The position numbers and the translations under genes are program-made. Of a DNA stretch of 64,000 nucleotides, positions 10,249 through 19,333 are shown piece by piece. Origin of the DNA: a phage; sequence record PZ445437.1. One strand, written 5' to 3'. The notes below the pieces were generated by a model. It did not search any database. It saw only the letters and a program-made list of their open reading frames with translations, and was not told the DNA's origin. The first letter of the stretch is position 1. Each line of letters opens with the position of its first letter.

Positions 10249-10508
10249 AAAAGATTCCTTTTAATGTATCTTTTAGACCATTCTATCATATCATCATAAT
10301 CTAAAAAGTATTCATCAAATTCAGCCATGCAAACAACACCTTGTGCTGCTTTTGATGTGATATAAATTATTCCAACATATCTAGAATCTTCTTCGGTGTA
10401 ATCAATATTTGCTATGAATTCATCATTAATGTCAAATGTCGAAAACTTCACAGTATGCATCCTTAATACAAGATACAGCCATATCTTGTAATGATTTAGG
10501 TGTGTCAT
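10245..10508 (-). CDS. Hypothetical protein (46.1 position; start uncertain)
   Basis: ORF overlapping the next ORF by 77 nt; internal Met at 10460 may be the true start. Confidence 0.35.
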   Translation of the reverse strand: MTHLNHYKIWLYLVLRMHTVKFSTFDINDEFIANIDYTEEDSRYVGIIYITSKAAQGVVCMAEFDEYFLDYDDMIEWSKRYIKRNLL

Positions 10509-10695
10509 TATCTAAAATGTTGAAGTTAAAAGATACAGCCCAGTCAGTGCAGACTGTAACCTTTTTAATACAATTATCTTCAACCTCTAGCGGTTCAAAC
10601 CAATATTCAATAATTTCTTTATGCCCAATATCATCTTTTACTTCGCATTCAAAATGCTGACTCATCATAACATTTTTAAATTCATCAAAAGTCAT
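10432..10695 (-). CDS. Hypothetical protein (87 aa, 46.2 position)
   Basis: ORF translationally coupled to gene 47 stop. Confidence 0.45.
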   Translation of the reverse strand: MTFDEFKNVMMSQHFECEVKDDIGHKEIIEYWFEPLEVEDNCIKKVTVCTDWAVSFNFNILDNDTPKSLQDMAVSCIKDAYCEVFDI

Positions 10696-11711
10696 TGTGT
10701 TGCCTCTACATATAGCTGGTTTGCATATTGAATAAGTGCTTCACGGTCAGAATCAGTGATGTCTGGAATTGCATTAATGTATTCTTCCATCAACGTCTGA
10801 AGAGATTGAACTTCAACTTCTTCACTGTCATCTGACTCGACAGAGTTATCAATTTTTGACACAACTCGTAATGAATGCACAACTTTTTCTAGTTCAGATT
10901 CGAACTTCGTTAGATTTTTGTCTACTTCAGTTACTATAACACGTACTGATAGATTTGTAAAATCTTTATAGTCAATTTTTCCTTTAAATGGATAATGAAT
11001 TCTACGATGCCAGGTAGTGTTGTTTGGAATAAATTCCATTCGTTCTGTTTCTGTATCAAACATCCAGAACCCACGAGGGTCATTCTCGTCACCTGCAGTT
11101 AGTGTCCATGGTGTCCCAATATATCTGACGTTAGCAGCCTCAGAGATAGTATGGAAGTGACCAGACCACACTTCTTTATAAGTCTTAAGGAAATCAGGTT
11201 CAAGACCATGAGATTTCATTCCTTTATAAAAATAAAATCCGTTCAGTTCCCAGTGACCAACGCAAAAAGAAGCAGATGAAGTTTTGATGTGTTCAAGAAT
11301 TTCACCAGTATTTTCTTCACACATCCAAGGAATTAAATCAATTAAACATCCGTCAAAATCTACTGTAGTAGGCTTATCATATACTTTAACATTAGGATAT
11401 TTAGCCAAAAGCTCAGTAGAGGCATTTGGATGCATTACATTTTTATAGTGGAGATCGTGATTTCCTACAATAGTGTGTAATGTAATTCCAGCATCATCAA
11501 GCGTTTGAACTATTTCACGGGCAAACTCCATAGTTTTATGTGTGATCGCTTTTCTCACATCAAAAATATCACCATATTGAATCCAGGTAGTAATTCCATT
11601 TTTCTTAGAATATTCTATTGCTTGTTTAATTCCATCAATTTGAATACCGCGAATCCACTCATCATCAGCTTTAACGCCTAAATGCCAATCACCCAAGTTT
11701 AGTATTTTCAT
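10692..11711 (-). CDS. 47: Recombination endonuclease subunit, Mre11/SbcD-like phosphoesterase
   Basis: 339 aa (T4 gp47 length); calcineurin-like motifs GDWH, GNHD. Confidence 0.93.
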   Translation of the reverse strand: MKILNLGDWHLGVKADDEWIRGIQIDGIKQAIEYSKKNGITTWIQYGDIFDVRKAITHKTMEFAREIVQTLDDAGITLHTIVGNHDLHYKNVMHPNASTELLAKYPNVKVYDKPTTVDFDGCLIDLIPWMCEENTGEILEHIKTSSASFCVGHWELNGFYFYKGMKSHGLEPDFLKTYKEVWSGHFHTISEAANVRYIGTPWTLTAGDENDPRGFWMFDTETERMEFIPNNTTWHRRIHYPFKGKIDYKDFTNLSVRVIVTEVDKNLTKFESELEKVVHSLRVVSKIDNSVESDDSEEVEVQSLQTLMEEYINAIPDITDSDREALIQYANQLYVEATQ

Positions 11712-12312
11712 GGTGTCTTTTCCATCCTAATTTAGCTGCTTTTGAAACTAGTTCTTTAATTTTTCCTTTTGTCCATTCAGGACCAGGAGGTTCATGACAT
11801 AACATTTGCTTAACTCCGTTATTATACCATTTTTTACCTTTATTATGTGATGAAGCTTTAAATTTATTTGACCTTCCTTTTACATAACCTTCTGGAATAT
11901 AAGGCAAAAAGGCAGATTTTCCTGTTAATGGATCATGTGAATGTATATTTCCTTTACAATTATGAGAACCATATAATGGATGATTTTGTCCTTTATTATC
12001 TCTTCCAAATGAACCTTTTGGAGCAGCATATGACATATTAAAGAATAATGGATTTTTAACTGCATCATGCAATCGTTGATAATATAACTCGCATTTAATA
12101 GCTTCTTCACGCGTATCAAATTCAGCTAAAATGCATGAATCAAATAAGTGAGGATTATCTGAAAGCTCTTTATTATAAATTTTCTTATACTTTTTAGATA
12201 AAACTGAACCATGATATCCAGCTAAATGCCTATCTAAAGACGTAGATCCAATATAAAAAGGAGGAAGTTTATCTCCACTATATATTGTTAAATAAGTTAT
12301 ATATTTTTTCAT
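11689..12312 (-). mobile_element. Freestanding GIY-YIG (Seg-type) homing endonuclease gene, 207 aa
   Basis: N-terminal YITYL..(x10)..FYIGS GIY-YIG motif; NUMOD-like GxNHPLYG repeat; 3' end overlaps gene 47 start by 23 nt. Confidence 0.65.
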
Positions 12313-12449
12313 ATATCAAGAACCGTCATTGAAATGCAAAATAAAATTATTGAAATAAATCCATCTGGAGTGCTAAAGAACCCAATCCAACATGCTCTAG
12401 TGAATAGATAAAATGCAAGAAAAAGTATCACATATCCAAGAAATATCAT
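12309..12449 (-). CDS. Small hydrophobic peptide (46 aa)
   Basis: Hand-translated MIFLGYVILFLAFYLF...; its TGA overlaps the ATG of the GIY-YIG gene (ATGA). Confidence 0.3.
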   Translation of the reverse strand: MIFLGYVILFLAFYLFTRACWIGFFSTPDGFISIILFCISMTVLDI

Positions 12450-12472
12450 TATATCAAACTCCGTATAAAGCT

Positions 12473-12490
12473 AAAGGGCCGAAGCCCTTT
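12473..12490 (-). terminator. Intrinsic terminator after a-gt
   Basis: AAAGGGC-UUCG-GCCCUUU hairpin overlapping the a-gt stop codon. Confidence 0.5.
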
Positions 12491-13691
12491 ATTTTGTAAT
12501 AATGTCAAACTGTTCTTTAAAGCAGAAGCTTGAATCTTGATGCTGATACAAAAATTCATATGCTTTTTCTCGCTCACGGTCATAAAGAGCTCGGTCAGAT
12601 GACAGTTCTTTAATACGTTCAAATGTTGATTCCATATCATTTTCATCAAACCAAATGATACCGCTATCATGCGAGGTCAAAGGAGTATTATCAACACGGA
12701 ATTTTAAATTTTCGCCAGTAGATTTCCAAAATACCGGAATTGTTCCACATGCACCAAGCTCGAGATGAGTATATTCTAAAGAACGTTGTAGATATTTTTT
12801 ATCCAACTTACTCAACTGATAACCAAAACCGGATTTACTCATACGCTCAAGCATTTCGCTATTTACATAACGATCGAGAATTTGCGTTGGCAAATTAGGA
12901 GCAATTTTAATTTGGTCTACTTGATGAAGACGATAATACTCGTATTGAATTCCTTTTTCTTTAATAGGAATGAACGCTGGAGAACGTTCCAGACCTTCCA
13001 TAATAGTACTTAGTCCTGCAGGTTTAAGATGTTTTTCATGAAAATCAAACATCTGATAAAAACCTTTCCATGTAGTCGTACGACCAATCCAACGGTTGAT
13101 ATTCATGTTAATTTCAGAAACATCTTTCCAGTAGGTTGACCGAACCTTCGCAATATCCATAGGAGGCTGAAAGTTATATACTGTCGGTGCTTCTTCAATA
13201 TCATCAAACAGAGAAACAGTTTCTGGATACCATTCTTTCATCAGAACTTTATTAAAATCACCATTATCAGAATGGCTAAAAATAACATCAGCTCGACGAA
13301 CAGTTTCTTCTAATCCCAAATTTCGACGCAAAGAAAGAGAAGAATGGTCATGCTGATAAACTACAACACGAACCGAAGGTTTAATGTTATCAATAATTTT
13401 TTTATAGTTATTAATAGTGTCTTCTTCAACCGAAGTAGCAGGAACTGAATTGATAATTAGAATATCACAATCATTTACCAGCTTAAGTGTTTTATCATAT
13501 TCTTTTGCCAATAAAACCGGAATTGAAAATGATTTATAATCATGCGCGCAATTACGAGTAAATGATTTATCTTTAGCATAAACCAAAGTCACTTCATGAC
13601 CATTTTTAATAAACCAATCACGTTGCTCGAGTGAGAATTTTGTTACACCACAACCTTCAAGACCTCGAGCCATAAAAATACATACTTTCAT
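12489..13691 (-). CDS. a-gt: DNA alpha-glucosyltransferase
   Basis: 400 aa, T4 alpha-gt length; N-term MKVCIFMARGLEGCGVTKFS matches T4 alpha-gt as recalled. Confidence 0.9.
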   Translation of the reverse strand: MKVCIFMARGLEGCGVTKFSLEQRDWFIKNGHEVTLVYAKDKSFTRNCAHDYKSFSIPVLLAKEYDKTLKLVNDCDILIINSVPATSVEEDTINNYKKIIDNIKPSVRVVVYQHDHSSLSLRRNLGLEETVRRADVIFSHSDNGDFNKVLMKEWYPETVSLFDDIEEAPTVYNFQPPMDIAKVRSTYWKDVSEINMNINRWIGRTTTWKGFYQMFDFHEKHLKPAGLSTIMEGLERSPAFIPIKEKGIQYEYYRLHQVDQIKIAPNLPTQILDRYVNSEMLERMSKSGFGYQLSKLDKKYLQRSLEYTHLELGACGTIPVFWKSTGENLKFRVDNTPLTSHDSGIIWFDENDMESTFERIKELSSDRALYDREREKAYEFLYQHQDSSFCFKEQFDIITK

Positions 13692-13715
13692 TTAATATCC
13701 TCTTTGTTTTGGTTT

Positions 13716-13740
13716 ATTTTACCAAAAATTTATAAAGCAA
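13716..13740 (-). promoter_or_regulatory. Middle (MotA-dependent) promoter upstream of a-gt
   Basis: Minus strand TTGCTTTA (MotA box) then 11 nt then TAAAAT (-10), followed by GAGGA RBS and ATG. Confidence 0.4.
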
Positions 13741-13742
13741 TA

Positions 13743-13760
13743 TAGGAGCCGAAGCTCCTA
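13743..13760 (-). terminator. Intrinsic terminator (UAGGAGC-UUCG-GCUCCUA)
   Basis: UUCG-tetraloop hairpin plus U-rich tract upstream of the a-gt promoter. Confidence 0.5.
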
Positions 13761-13934
13761 TCCGCATAATACGCCATACAGAGGCTCGTTAGAACTTTTA
13801 AATTTTATGCGCTTATATTTTATAGTTCCTTCTGCTTTAGCTTTATCATGAGACTCTTTAAAGCGTCTCATCATTTCCTCTTTAGAGGAACGAATTTTAT
13901 TATAATCTATTTCAGAAGTCTGGGTGTTCATCTT

Positions 13935-14141
13935 TCATAGTTGCCACCATTTTTTGACTTGATAGGAATCAACCCACACTTTCATATTAGGGTCTGCTCT
14001 TACAATAGGAGGATTAACTTCTTTAATTGAACTATCATGGTATTCTTTTTCAGAAATTTTCACACAAAGATGACCATTCAAAGATTCAGTAAATCCTGCA
14101 TTAATTTTAAGACGCTTGAATTTTACGTGTGTAAGCATCAA
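13935..14141 (-). CDS. Hypothetical protein (68 aa)
   Basis: ORF on early strand; overlaps next ORF. Confidence 0.35.
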   Translation of the reverse strand: MMLTHVKFKRLKINAGFTESLNGHLCVKISEKEYHDSSIKEVNPPIVRADPNMKVWVDSYQVKKWWQL

Positions 14142-14424
14142 TCATATCCTCAATTTGCGATCTAGTAGTCTTCCAAAGAATACTGATGAGTTCATCGTTA
14201 TATGGCTGTTTTAGAATATCCCGACTTTTCTTGATAGCATATTCGTATTGAGCAAAATTATTGTTTTCAGCTGCGATCTGAGCGTGCTTATAAAGACGAT
14301 TCAGTTCGCGTTTGTTTTTAGACAATAACTTATTTGCTTTTCTTTCTGCTTCAAGACGGTTCTTTTCTTCAATAGAAGAAATAAGCTTTTCCACTTCATC
14401 ATTAATTTCGGGTTTATCAGTCAT
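14107..14424 (-). CDS. Hypothetical protein (105 aa)
   Basis: ORF, coupled to neighbours. Confidence 0.45.
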   Translation of the reverse strand: MTDKPEINDEVEKLISSIEEKNRLEAERKANKLLSKNKRELNRLYKHAQIAAENNNFAQYEYAIKKSRDILKQPYNDELISILWKTTRSQIEDMIDAYTRKIQAS

Positions 14425-14425
14425 A

Positions 14426-14644
14426 TTATTTCTCTAATATAAAATAAAAATCATCATCTGTTAAATGATACCGATAGTTTAATTCTACACCATTAGATTT
14501 AAAAGCGGTATCATACGGATTTTCTGGATCAATATCAATGTCAAGAGCTAAAACTTCCCTGAGATACATTTTAAGTAAATAGGGAATAGCTTCAACTTCA
14601 GGTATTTCTTCCAAGAATCCGGAGAGGTTAATCGTTAGCCTCAT
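14426..14644 (-). CDS. Hypothetical protein (72 aa)
   Basis: ORF immediately downstream of gene 55. Confidence 0.45.
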
Positions 14645-15185
14645 ATAAAAAATCCAAACTAGGAGAATCGTCTACAACACTTTTCTTTTCAGCCCCCGGT
14701 GTTCTATAGGTTGATTCTTCGTAATGCGTCATTTTATCGTAGATGTCTTGAATAAAAGTTTCATCTACTAACGCAACCATATCGTCGTCACGACTGTCAT
14801 AGACATTGTGAACGAAGTAACTATATTTCTTTGCAACTTCCTTACGTTCTTTTTTAATACGCTGGACGAATGCATTAAAACAAGCTTGAGTTATATACGC
14901 ATGTGGGTTTTTATATTTCGTTTCATCAAAATTATGAAGCCCCTTAATAGAAGCTTCTATACCATCTGCAATCATTTCTTGTTTCCAAGACTGGGTGTAT
15001 CCTGAAAAGTTGAAACGTTTAGATAAGCCTTCTGCAATAAGCATAATGGCTAATCCAATAGTATCATTTTGACGAACTACTTTATTTGGGTCTTTATTAT
15101 TTGCTAATTCTGTTTTCCAATCAATAATAGCTTGTAAAAGCTCTTTATTGTTTACGTAATTATATTTAGGCTTAGTTTCTGACAT
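14628..15185 (-). CDS. 55: Late-transcription sigma factor
   Basis: ATG at 15185 gives 185 aa (T4 gp55 length); N-term [20 protein letters not shown]. Confidence 0.9.
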
Positions 15186-15263
15186 TTTCACCTCTTAGCT
15201 CAATTCATAGATCTATTATATCATAATATTTGAAGATCTATCTTAAAGCATAGAGGATATCAG

Positions 15264-15533
15264 TTATCTAAGTAAACAGTATGCTTGGAATACTTTTTCC
15301 ATCATCTTTTTAAATTCATGAATATCTATATAATGACTAGTTAAATCAGCATGATATAAAAAGTCTAAAAACTTTTCATGTGTACTAACATATTCACTTT
15401 CATTTAATTCAGAAACATGGCTTTCCCAATATCCAACACCAGTTTTATTTGGGAAAAATGAAATTTTCATGTATTGGTCAACATAGAAAATGCCATAATT
15501 TTCAATAGTAATAGAAATATTAATAAATTTCAT
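15264..15533 (-). CDS. Hypothetical protein (89 aa)
   Basis: ORF in 55.x position. Confidence 0.45.
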   Translation of the reverse strand: MKFINISITIENYGIFYVDQYMKISFFPNKTGVGYWESHVSELNESEYVSTHEKFLDFLYHADLTSHYIDIHEFKKMMEKVFQAYCLLR

Positions 15534-15745
15534 ACATTCATCAACTTAGCCGCTTCAAGAGCTGCATCTAGTGAATCAAATTGGTCAACATATTCAATCA
15601 ATTCGCCATAATTGGCATATAACCACCATTGGCTAAATTCATACTCAAGGATGAATCCATTTCCTTCAATTTGAGTTAAACCATTGCCGTTTGTATTTAC
15701 TTCATATCCGGCAAGACGCAAATCGTTAATAAGAGCTTCGTTCAT
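15530..15745 (-). CDS. Hypothetical protein (71 aa)
   Basis: ORF coupled to neighbours. Confidence 0.45.
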   Translation of the reverse strand: MNEALINDLRLAGYEVNTNGNGLTQIEGNGFILEYEFSQWWLYANYGELIEYVDQFDSLDAALEAAKLMNV

Positions 15746-15747
15746 AA

Positions 15748-16074
15748 TTATACCTTAGTAATTTTCAGGTCTGCAAATTTTTTCTTGCGTTGATTTTTCA
15801 TGCGACGAATAGTTTTATCGGAAATTTCATGCTTTTGATAAGCTTTAGATTCTACACCAAAAGCTTTAACATCAAATTCTGACAAGATATATTGAACCAA
15901 CAATTCACGGACAGTATTGCGTCCAATCTTCTGATCATTCTGTTTCATCGTCTGATGAAGCTCTTTTTCCCATTTATCCAAAATTTGAGGAGTTACAATA
16001 TCGCCTTTTTCTAGCAAAGAAACTACTTTATCATATGCGTAAGAATTAATGACGTTTTTAATTTGAATAGTCAT
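15748..16074 (-). CDS. Hypothetical protein (108 aa)
   Basis: ORF with basic C-terminus. Confidence 0.45.
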   Translation of the reverse strand: MTIQIKNVINSYAYDKVVSLLEKGDIVTPQILDKWEKELHQTMKQNDQKIGRNTVRELLVQYILSEFDVKAFGVESKAYQKHEISDKTIRRMKNQRKKKFADLKITKV

Positions 16075-16112
16075 ACATTATCCTCAATTACGTTAAAATT
16101 TTATTATCCAAA

Positions 16113-16128
16113 AAGGGCCGAAGCCCTT
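16113..16128 (-). terminator. Intrinsic terminator (AAGGGC-UUCG-GCCCUU)
   Basis: Hairpin overlapping the stop of the 16127..16327 ORF, followed by U-run. Confidence 0.5.
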
Positions 16129-16327
16129 AGCTAAACTTTTTGGCACCCTTCCAGCCTTCATACATCATTGCGGCTGATATTAATATTGCTCCTGAGCAAC
16201 TTGAATATTTGTGATTCCAAAACCAGTTTAGAAAAACTTCATCATCAATACCTTGGGCTATCATATTTTCAAAGAACTGACGACGAGATTCGGCAATTCG
16301 TTGTGATAATTTAGATTCAGGATTCAT
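16127..16327 (-). CDS. Hypothetical protein (66 aa)
   Basis: ORF followed by terminator. Confidence 0.4.
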   Translation of the reverse strand: MNPESKLSQRIAESRRQFFENMIAQGIDDEVFLNWFWNHKYSSCSGAILISAAMMYEGWKGAKKFS

Positions 16328-16543
16328 TTAAATTTTCCAGTTACCGTTTTCATCAATAAATTTAATCCAGTCATTTACTGACCACTTAGTTGTATCACCT
16401 TTTGGAGTAACATTTAAAGTGTATAACCCCTGCTTAAAAAGCATTCGTTTGATATTCATAATTTCCTCAGCTGTAACGATAACACTCGTTTGATTTACGT
16501 TTAGCAACTCGTTGAGAAGTATTATAATCAAAATCATCGTCAA
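16328..16543 (-). CDS. Hypothetical protein (start uncertain)
   Basis: ORF; probable start at internal Met near 16459. Confidence 0.35.
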   Translation of the reverse strand: MTMILIIILLNELLNVNQTSVIVTAEEIMNIKRMLFKQGLYTLNVTPKGDTTKWSVNDWIKFIDENGNWKI

Positions 16544-16799
16544 TGTAAACTGATTTTTTCAACTTTCTTACTTCACCACGTAATTGGCGATTTAGCTCAT
16601 CTTTAACTTCTGAATCAATACCTTTCATTCTACGCCATTTATCTGAGCGAAAAATGTTTTCAACCATATCTTTATGACTTACCCCATCAGGAGCTTTACG
16701 CTTTCCGAAATAGTCATAATCACGCACTTTTAAGTCTTTACGACGATACGTTTTACCCATGGAGTTTAATTTCCTTAGCAACTGAACTAAATGCAGCAC
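16467..16799 (-). CDS. Hypothetical basic protein (start uncertain)
   Basis: ORF; probable start at internal Met near 16760. Confidence 0.4.
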   Translation of the reverse strand: MLHLVQLLRKLNSMGKTYRRKDLKVRDYDYFGKRKAPDGVSHKDMVENIFRSDKWRRMKGIDSEVKDELNRQLRGEVRKLKKSVYIDDDFDYNTSQRVAKRKSNECYRYS

Positions 16800-16935
16800 G
16801 ATCGCAAATCATGCGTTTATGTAACTTGAGTATAATATAGCAAACTTCAAAACTATTTACATGAGTAACACGAACAGCATTACCATTAATGAGATAATAC
16901 TGTCCCTTTTTAATTTCTTTATCAACCATAACCAT
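16753..16935 (-). CDS. Hypothetical protein (60 aa)
   Basis: ORF downstream of early promoter. Confidence 0.35.
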   Translation of the reverse strand: MVMVDKEIKKGQYYLINGNAVRVTHVNSFEVCYIILKLHKRMICDRAAFSSVAKEIKLHG

Positions 16936-16965
16936 ATCAATTCCTCAAAGGTAATTCATATGTTA

Positions 16966-16994
16966 ATAATACCACGGTTTGAACTTGTTGTAAA
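16966..16994 (-). promoter_or_regulatory. T4 early-class promoter
   Basis: Minus strand GTTTAC..17 nt..TATTAT. Confidence 0.4.
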
Positions 16995-17076
16995 CAACTT
17001 TGTGAAAAATATTTCAGGGAATGATAAGAAAGGAACGATAGCTTAGAATGGTAATATACAGAATGTAAGAAAGAAA

Positions 17077-17089
17077 GGCCCAGAGGGCC
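17077..17089 (-). terminator. Intrinsic terminator after nrdH
   Basis: GGCCC-UCU-GGGCC hairpin followed by UUUCUUUCUU. Confidence 0.45.
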
Positions 17090-17093
17090 CATC

Positions 17094-17417
17094 TTAGTCT
17101 TCTATGATATCTCTATTATATCCAAGTGAAATGAGAGTTTCTTTGAAGTGTTTAATGTTCTTTTGTCTGGAATCATTAATGAAAATGACTGGATAACGAA
17201 TGTTAAGAGATGTGAATCCAGCGCGTTTAGCAAGAGATACAATCAGTTGACGATCATACTCAATCTTACCATTATTAGTAAGAACTTTATAAAAAGTAAA
17301 AGGAACATTGAGCTCCTTTAGAAGTTTTGTAACTGATTGACATCCAGGACAACAACCTACTTCATCTGGAATTCCATAGACTTCAATCTTATTCTTTAAG
17401 TTCGAGTTTTGTTCCAC
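17094..17417 (-). CDS. nrdH: Glutaredoxin-like protein NrdH
   Basis: C-terminal ~100 aa KIEVYGIPDEVGCCPGCQ... is a thioredoxin fold with CPGC; no in-frame ATG after upstream stop, proposed GTG start at 17417 with AAGGA RBS. Confidence 0.55.
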   Translation of the reverse strand: MEQNSNLKNKIEVYGIPDEVGCCPGCQSVTKLLKELNVPFTFYKVLTNNGKIEYDRQLIVSLAKRAGFTSLNIRYPVIFINDSRQKNIKHFKETLISLGYNRDIIED

Positions 17418-17700
17418 GAGAAATAATTCCTTGGTAAGCCCAATAAGGAGGATTAACAGAATCCTCACCAGAGTTTTCTTCAGGAAAATAAACCTGGATA
17501 ACGAAGCCGGATTCATCAAAGGTAAAATAAACCGTAGGCAGTTCACCTAACAAATCGGCACGAGCGTTGATTTCTTCGAGGTCTTGTTCACGTCCAGCCC
17601 AGAAGCTTGGGTTCAGACTACATTCATAGAAATAATAGTCATTACCGAACATATCAAAACCATTCCAACTCTCTACTACATACCGCTCAAAACTAATCAT
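17389..17700 (-). CDS. Hypothetical protein (103 aa)
   Basis: ORF; acidic. Confidence 0.45.
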   Translation of the reverse strand: MISFERYVVESWNGFDMFGNDYYFYECSLNPSFWAGREQDLEEINARADLLGELPTVYFTFDESGFVIQVYFPEENSGEDSVNPPYWAYQGIISRGTKLELKE

Positions 17701-17702
17701 AA

Positions 17703-17918
17703 TTAATCCTTTTTATCAAGAACCGCATTCAGCTTGTTAGTAATTTTATCCAGACGCTCATTGAACTCACTAGAAGATAAGCCCTTTTCTGGAGAAATTA
17801 AACTAATCACGAAAAATATAGCAATAAAAGGAATAAGGAAAATAGCTCCAACTGCCATAAACAGAAAGAATGTTACAGTTGTAAGAAAATCAGCTAAACC
17901 TTTACGAAATTTATACAT
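17703..17918 (-). CDS. Hypothetical membrane protein (71 aa)
   Basis: One TM segment. Confidence 0.45.
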   Translation of the reverse strand: MYKFRKGLADFLTTVTFFLFMAVGAIFLIPFIAIFFVISLISPEKGLSSSEFNERLDKITNKLNAVLDKKD

Positions 17919-18033
17919 ATTTTACCCTTAATTGATTAACCAAGCATTGATAAGCACTAAACTATATTGCGAATAAAATTCTGGACCAAAATGAAAAATC
18001 ATATCATTTATAGTATCCATAATGTAATTCAAT

Positions 18034-18504
18034 TTAATCATGTGTCCACACCCCATCGGTATTTGACCAAAGTCGCTGATTATCTGATCCTCGCCACAGC
18101 TTTTTAGTCGGAAGATTTTTCTCATACTTCCCATCAATAATAACATCAACATATTTAAGCATTTCTAGTTGTTTAATATCTTCAAACTTATATCCTGTCC
18201 ACAACCAAATGCTTTTATTGGGATAAAGATTTTTAATAGTTTGAACCACAGAGTGAATCACGTCTCTGTTATCAGGATAAAGAGGGTCACCTCCGGTTAT
18301 AGTCAATCCTTCTATATAATCATTATTCAAACATTCAATTAATTGTTCTAGTGTTTCACCAGTGAATGGAACACCATTTCTAGCATTCCATGTTGATTTA
18401 TTATAACACCCTTCGCATTTATGCAAACAACCTGTAACGAAAAGAACTGTCCTGCATCCAGGACCATTAACAAAGCAGCACGGGTATATTCTGTCATAAT
18501 TCAT
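18034..18504 (-). CDS. nrdG: Anaerobic ribonucleotide reductase activating protein (radical SAM)
   Basis: 156 aa (T4 NrdG length); CxxxCxxC cluster motif. Confidence 0.9.
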   Translation of the reverse strand: MNYDRIYPCCFVNGPGCRTVLFVTGCLHKCEGCYNKSTWNARNGVPFTGETLEQLIECLNNDYIEGLTITGGDPLYPDNRDVIHSVVQTIKNLYPNKSIWLWTGYKFEDIKQLEMLKYVDVIIDGKYEKNLPTKKLWRGSDNQRLWSNTDGVWTHD

Positions 18505-19333
18505 TTATATATTTCCAATTATAGCCTTCAACACTTTTACGTTCGCCATTTAAACATTTTAAAATATTTCCTTTGCTAGAAATATTAAAATATTTTGCTG
18601 CGTCTGGTATATAATTAAATGTTTTTAAAAGAACACCATCTTTATATGCGCCAAATAAATTAAGAGTATATTTTTCTCGAAGACGCTGATGTTTCCTTTT
18701 CATAACCTCAGGATTTGCATACGCCAACTTCAATGAATTTCTGTGTTTTTCTTTTACTTCAGGTTTTTGCATTGCTAACTTAGTTAGCCTGGAAATTTTA
18801 TTTCTAACTTCGTCAGTTTTCATTGCATTTGACAAATTTAATAAAGTTTTATTTCTAACTTCAGGTTTTTGCATTGCTAGCTTAGTTAGTTCTCTATGTC
18901 TTTTTCTAAAATCGTCATCCTTCCATATATTTTTCGATAATTTTGACATAGAGCGGTGAAATAATTCCTTTTCACTGGAATACAATTTAAAAATTTCATC
19001 CAATTCATCCGCATTAAATCTATCGGTATTCGAGTTTATCATTCTATGAAAGGCATAACACATTTTACTATTGCTTGTTTTAGCTAAATAGTAATGAGCT
19101 AACGCATGGTCATAATATGACAAATTAACAATATTCCATTTATCTGTTTTATATTCAGGAAATATAGATTTGGGAAGCACGTGATGTGCTTCCGTTTTTC
19201 CTTTTATTTTAGGATTATTATAATTTTTTGTTATCAAATCAACATATGACAATAGTAAATCATTATTTTCTTCAAATATTAAAGATAATTTATCATTCAC
19301 AAAATCGCAAGGATAAAATCTATCATAATTCAT
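18494..19333 (-). mobile_element. Freestanding HNH homing endonuclease gene (279 aa, Mob-like)
   Basis: HNH motif EAHHVLPKS..N..YDHALAHYY; tandem NUMOD-like repeats (TKLAMQKPEV x2); ATG overlaps nrdD stop; first 13 codons resemble nrdG. Confidence 0.8.

Noticed and set aside
11925-12670. Minus-strand ORFs 11925-12119 and 12449-12670
   Set aside because: Alternate-frame ORFs inside the GIY-YIG gene and the a-gt 3' end; the real small gene in this interval is the hand-translated 12309-12449 ORF.
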